IMG/VR virus record: IMGVR_UViG_3300044711_000040
Coordinates: 1 to 25,495 of that record
DNA length: 25,495 nt
Direction: 5' to 3' (one strand)
DNA from: a virus
Lineage: Duplodnaviria; Caudoviricetes
Notes under the pieces: model-generated
The model's input: the letters and a program-made list of their open reading frames with translations, nothing else
What the model was told of the DNA's origin: nothing
Database searches by the model: none
Made by a program: the position numbers and the translations under genes
In this document: positions 24,614 through 25,495 of the stretch, one piece after another
Layout of the letters: the number at the start of each line of letters is the position of its first letter
Numbering within the stretch: position 1 is the stretch's first letter

Positions 24614-24903
24614 CAGCAGTCCGTGACCGTGACGTCAGCGGATGGCGCATCGACGATCAGGTACGTCGCTCCGAATTGGCTGTCGCGAACCGCAGCGGTG
24701 ATCTCTCGAATGGCTCCGACGGGAACGGGCAACGCCTCGCCTTGAAGGTCGGCCGGTTCGCGAAAGATGACCGTCGCGGTGTCCATGTTGCCGCGACCGC
24801 CTGTCCAGTCGACGATGAAGACCTTTGCGGTCCTCATCGGCTCGCCCCATTGCTTTGGGGAGTAGTGATAGGTGCCCTCGGCGAGCACGAGGATCTGAGT
24901 CAC
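24613..24903 (-). CDS. hypothetical protein (96 aa, beta-rich)
   Basis: GGAGG RBS before GTG 24903; TGATG overlap with the FkbM gene. Confidence 0.65.
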   Translation of the reverse strand: MTQILVLAEGTYHYSPKQWGEPMRTAKVFIVDWTGGRGNMDTATVIFREPADLQGEALPVPVGAIREITAAVRDSQFGATYLIVDAPSADVTVTDC

Positions 24904-25048
24904 GGCAGAGCGCCTCCGTGTGATGAACGAGCGCAGTCGGGGTGGGGAGAACCCCGGACGGGCGCTCTACCGTCCGGGGTCCATGCGAAGTGGCCCCTTA
25001 CGTGGGGCCAGTCGGACTTGATGTCGCACAGTCAGGCGTGAAGGGGGG
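24901..25048 (-). promoter_or_regulatory. structured intergenic leader downstream of the capsid gene
   Basis: Hairpins 24951-24961/24970-24980 (11 bp) and 24991-24997/25004-25010 (7 bp); loop complementary to the RBS region of the next gene. Confidence 0.5.
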
Positions 25049-25495
25049 CTAGATGCCGGTGACCTTCTGGACGCGGCCGGTCCGCACGTACGGCTCGGCG
25101 TTGAAGCCGAACTCCTCCTCCGCCCGGAAGCCGGTGATGTTCTGGTCGAAGCGGTTACCCGCCTCGGACGAGACGTCGATCCGGTATTCCTGGCCGGTGT
25201 AGATCTCCACGTCGGAGCGCTCGATGATGAGCGCGGTGCCCGTCTGGGCCGACGGCCAGTTCGGGTCGCTCCGCATCGGAACGCCCCACGCCGAGGTGAT
25301 CGGGGGATTGGCCGCCGCACCGCCTGCGGGATCGACCGCCCAGCCACCGGCATACGAGGTGCCGAGGCCTTCGACGGACGTCTCCCAGAAGTCGGTCGGG
25401 CTCATCACGATGACGAGGTTGTCGCGCGGGACGCCGCGTGTTTCGAGGGCCGCGATGCCCCGGCCGAGGGCCGCGAGCCGAGGCTCCGAGGACAG
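25049..25495 (-). CDS. major capsid protein, HK97-like, C-terminal part (5' end outside the window)
   Basis: Frame open from the window edge; VMSPTDF...WGVPM...FDQNITGFRAEEEFGF pattern; upstream of the neck genes. Confidence 0.8.
   Translation of the reverse strand: MSSEPRLAALGRGIAALETRGVPRDNLVIVMSPTDFWETSVEGLGTSYAGGWAVDPAGGAAANPPITSAWGVPMRSDPNWPSAQTGTALIIERSDVEIYTGQEYRIDVSSEAGNRFDQNITGFRAEEEFGFNAEPYVRTGRVQKVTGI

Noticed and set aside
1-25495. CRISPR array, diversity-generating retroelement, IS element, tRNA or rRNA genes
   Set aside because: No regularly spaced repeats, reverse transcriptase, transposase or RNA-gene signatures seen by eye; a covariance-model scan was not possible

Overview
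High-GC fragment of a siphovirus-like tailed phage, probably temperate. Almost all genes are on the minus strand. In transcription order (right to left): C-terminal part of an HK97-like major capsid protein; a 4.6-kb insert inside the morphogenesis operon (hypothetical, FkbM-family methyltransferase, hypothetical, three GT-B glycosyltransferases); head-tail connector, HK97-gp10-like and tail terminator genes; major tail protein; tail assembly chaperone with a -1 slippery site; TP901-type tape measure; tail-tip and fibre genes ending in an Asp-box/BNR propeller; a convergent GT87-like membrane glycosyltransferase; a divergent repressor/Cro switch with good sigma70-type promoters; and a long translationally coupled early operon. 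That operon holds HNH nucleases, many small Cys/His-rich proteins, a hairpin cluster, an annealase with an SSB-like C-terminus, an N6A/N4C methyltransferase, a C5 methyltransferase split over two overlapping frames, and a replication-initiator-like/HNH protein with internal repeats. No integrase or lysis cassette is recognisable in the window. Best candidates for new biology are the putative virion glycosylation and methylation cassette between the capsid and connector genes, the two-frame C5 methyltransferase, and the structured RNA elements at 6269-6610 and 24901-25048. All calls come from reading motifs by eye; no searches were run. The host is unknown (high GC and leaderless starts fit Actinomycetota- or Chloroflexota-like bacteria, inference only).
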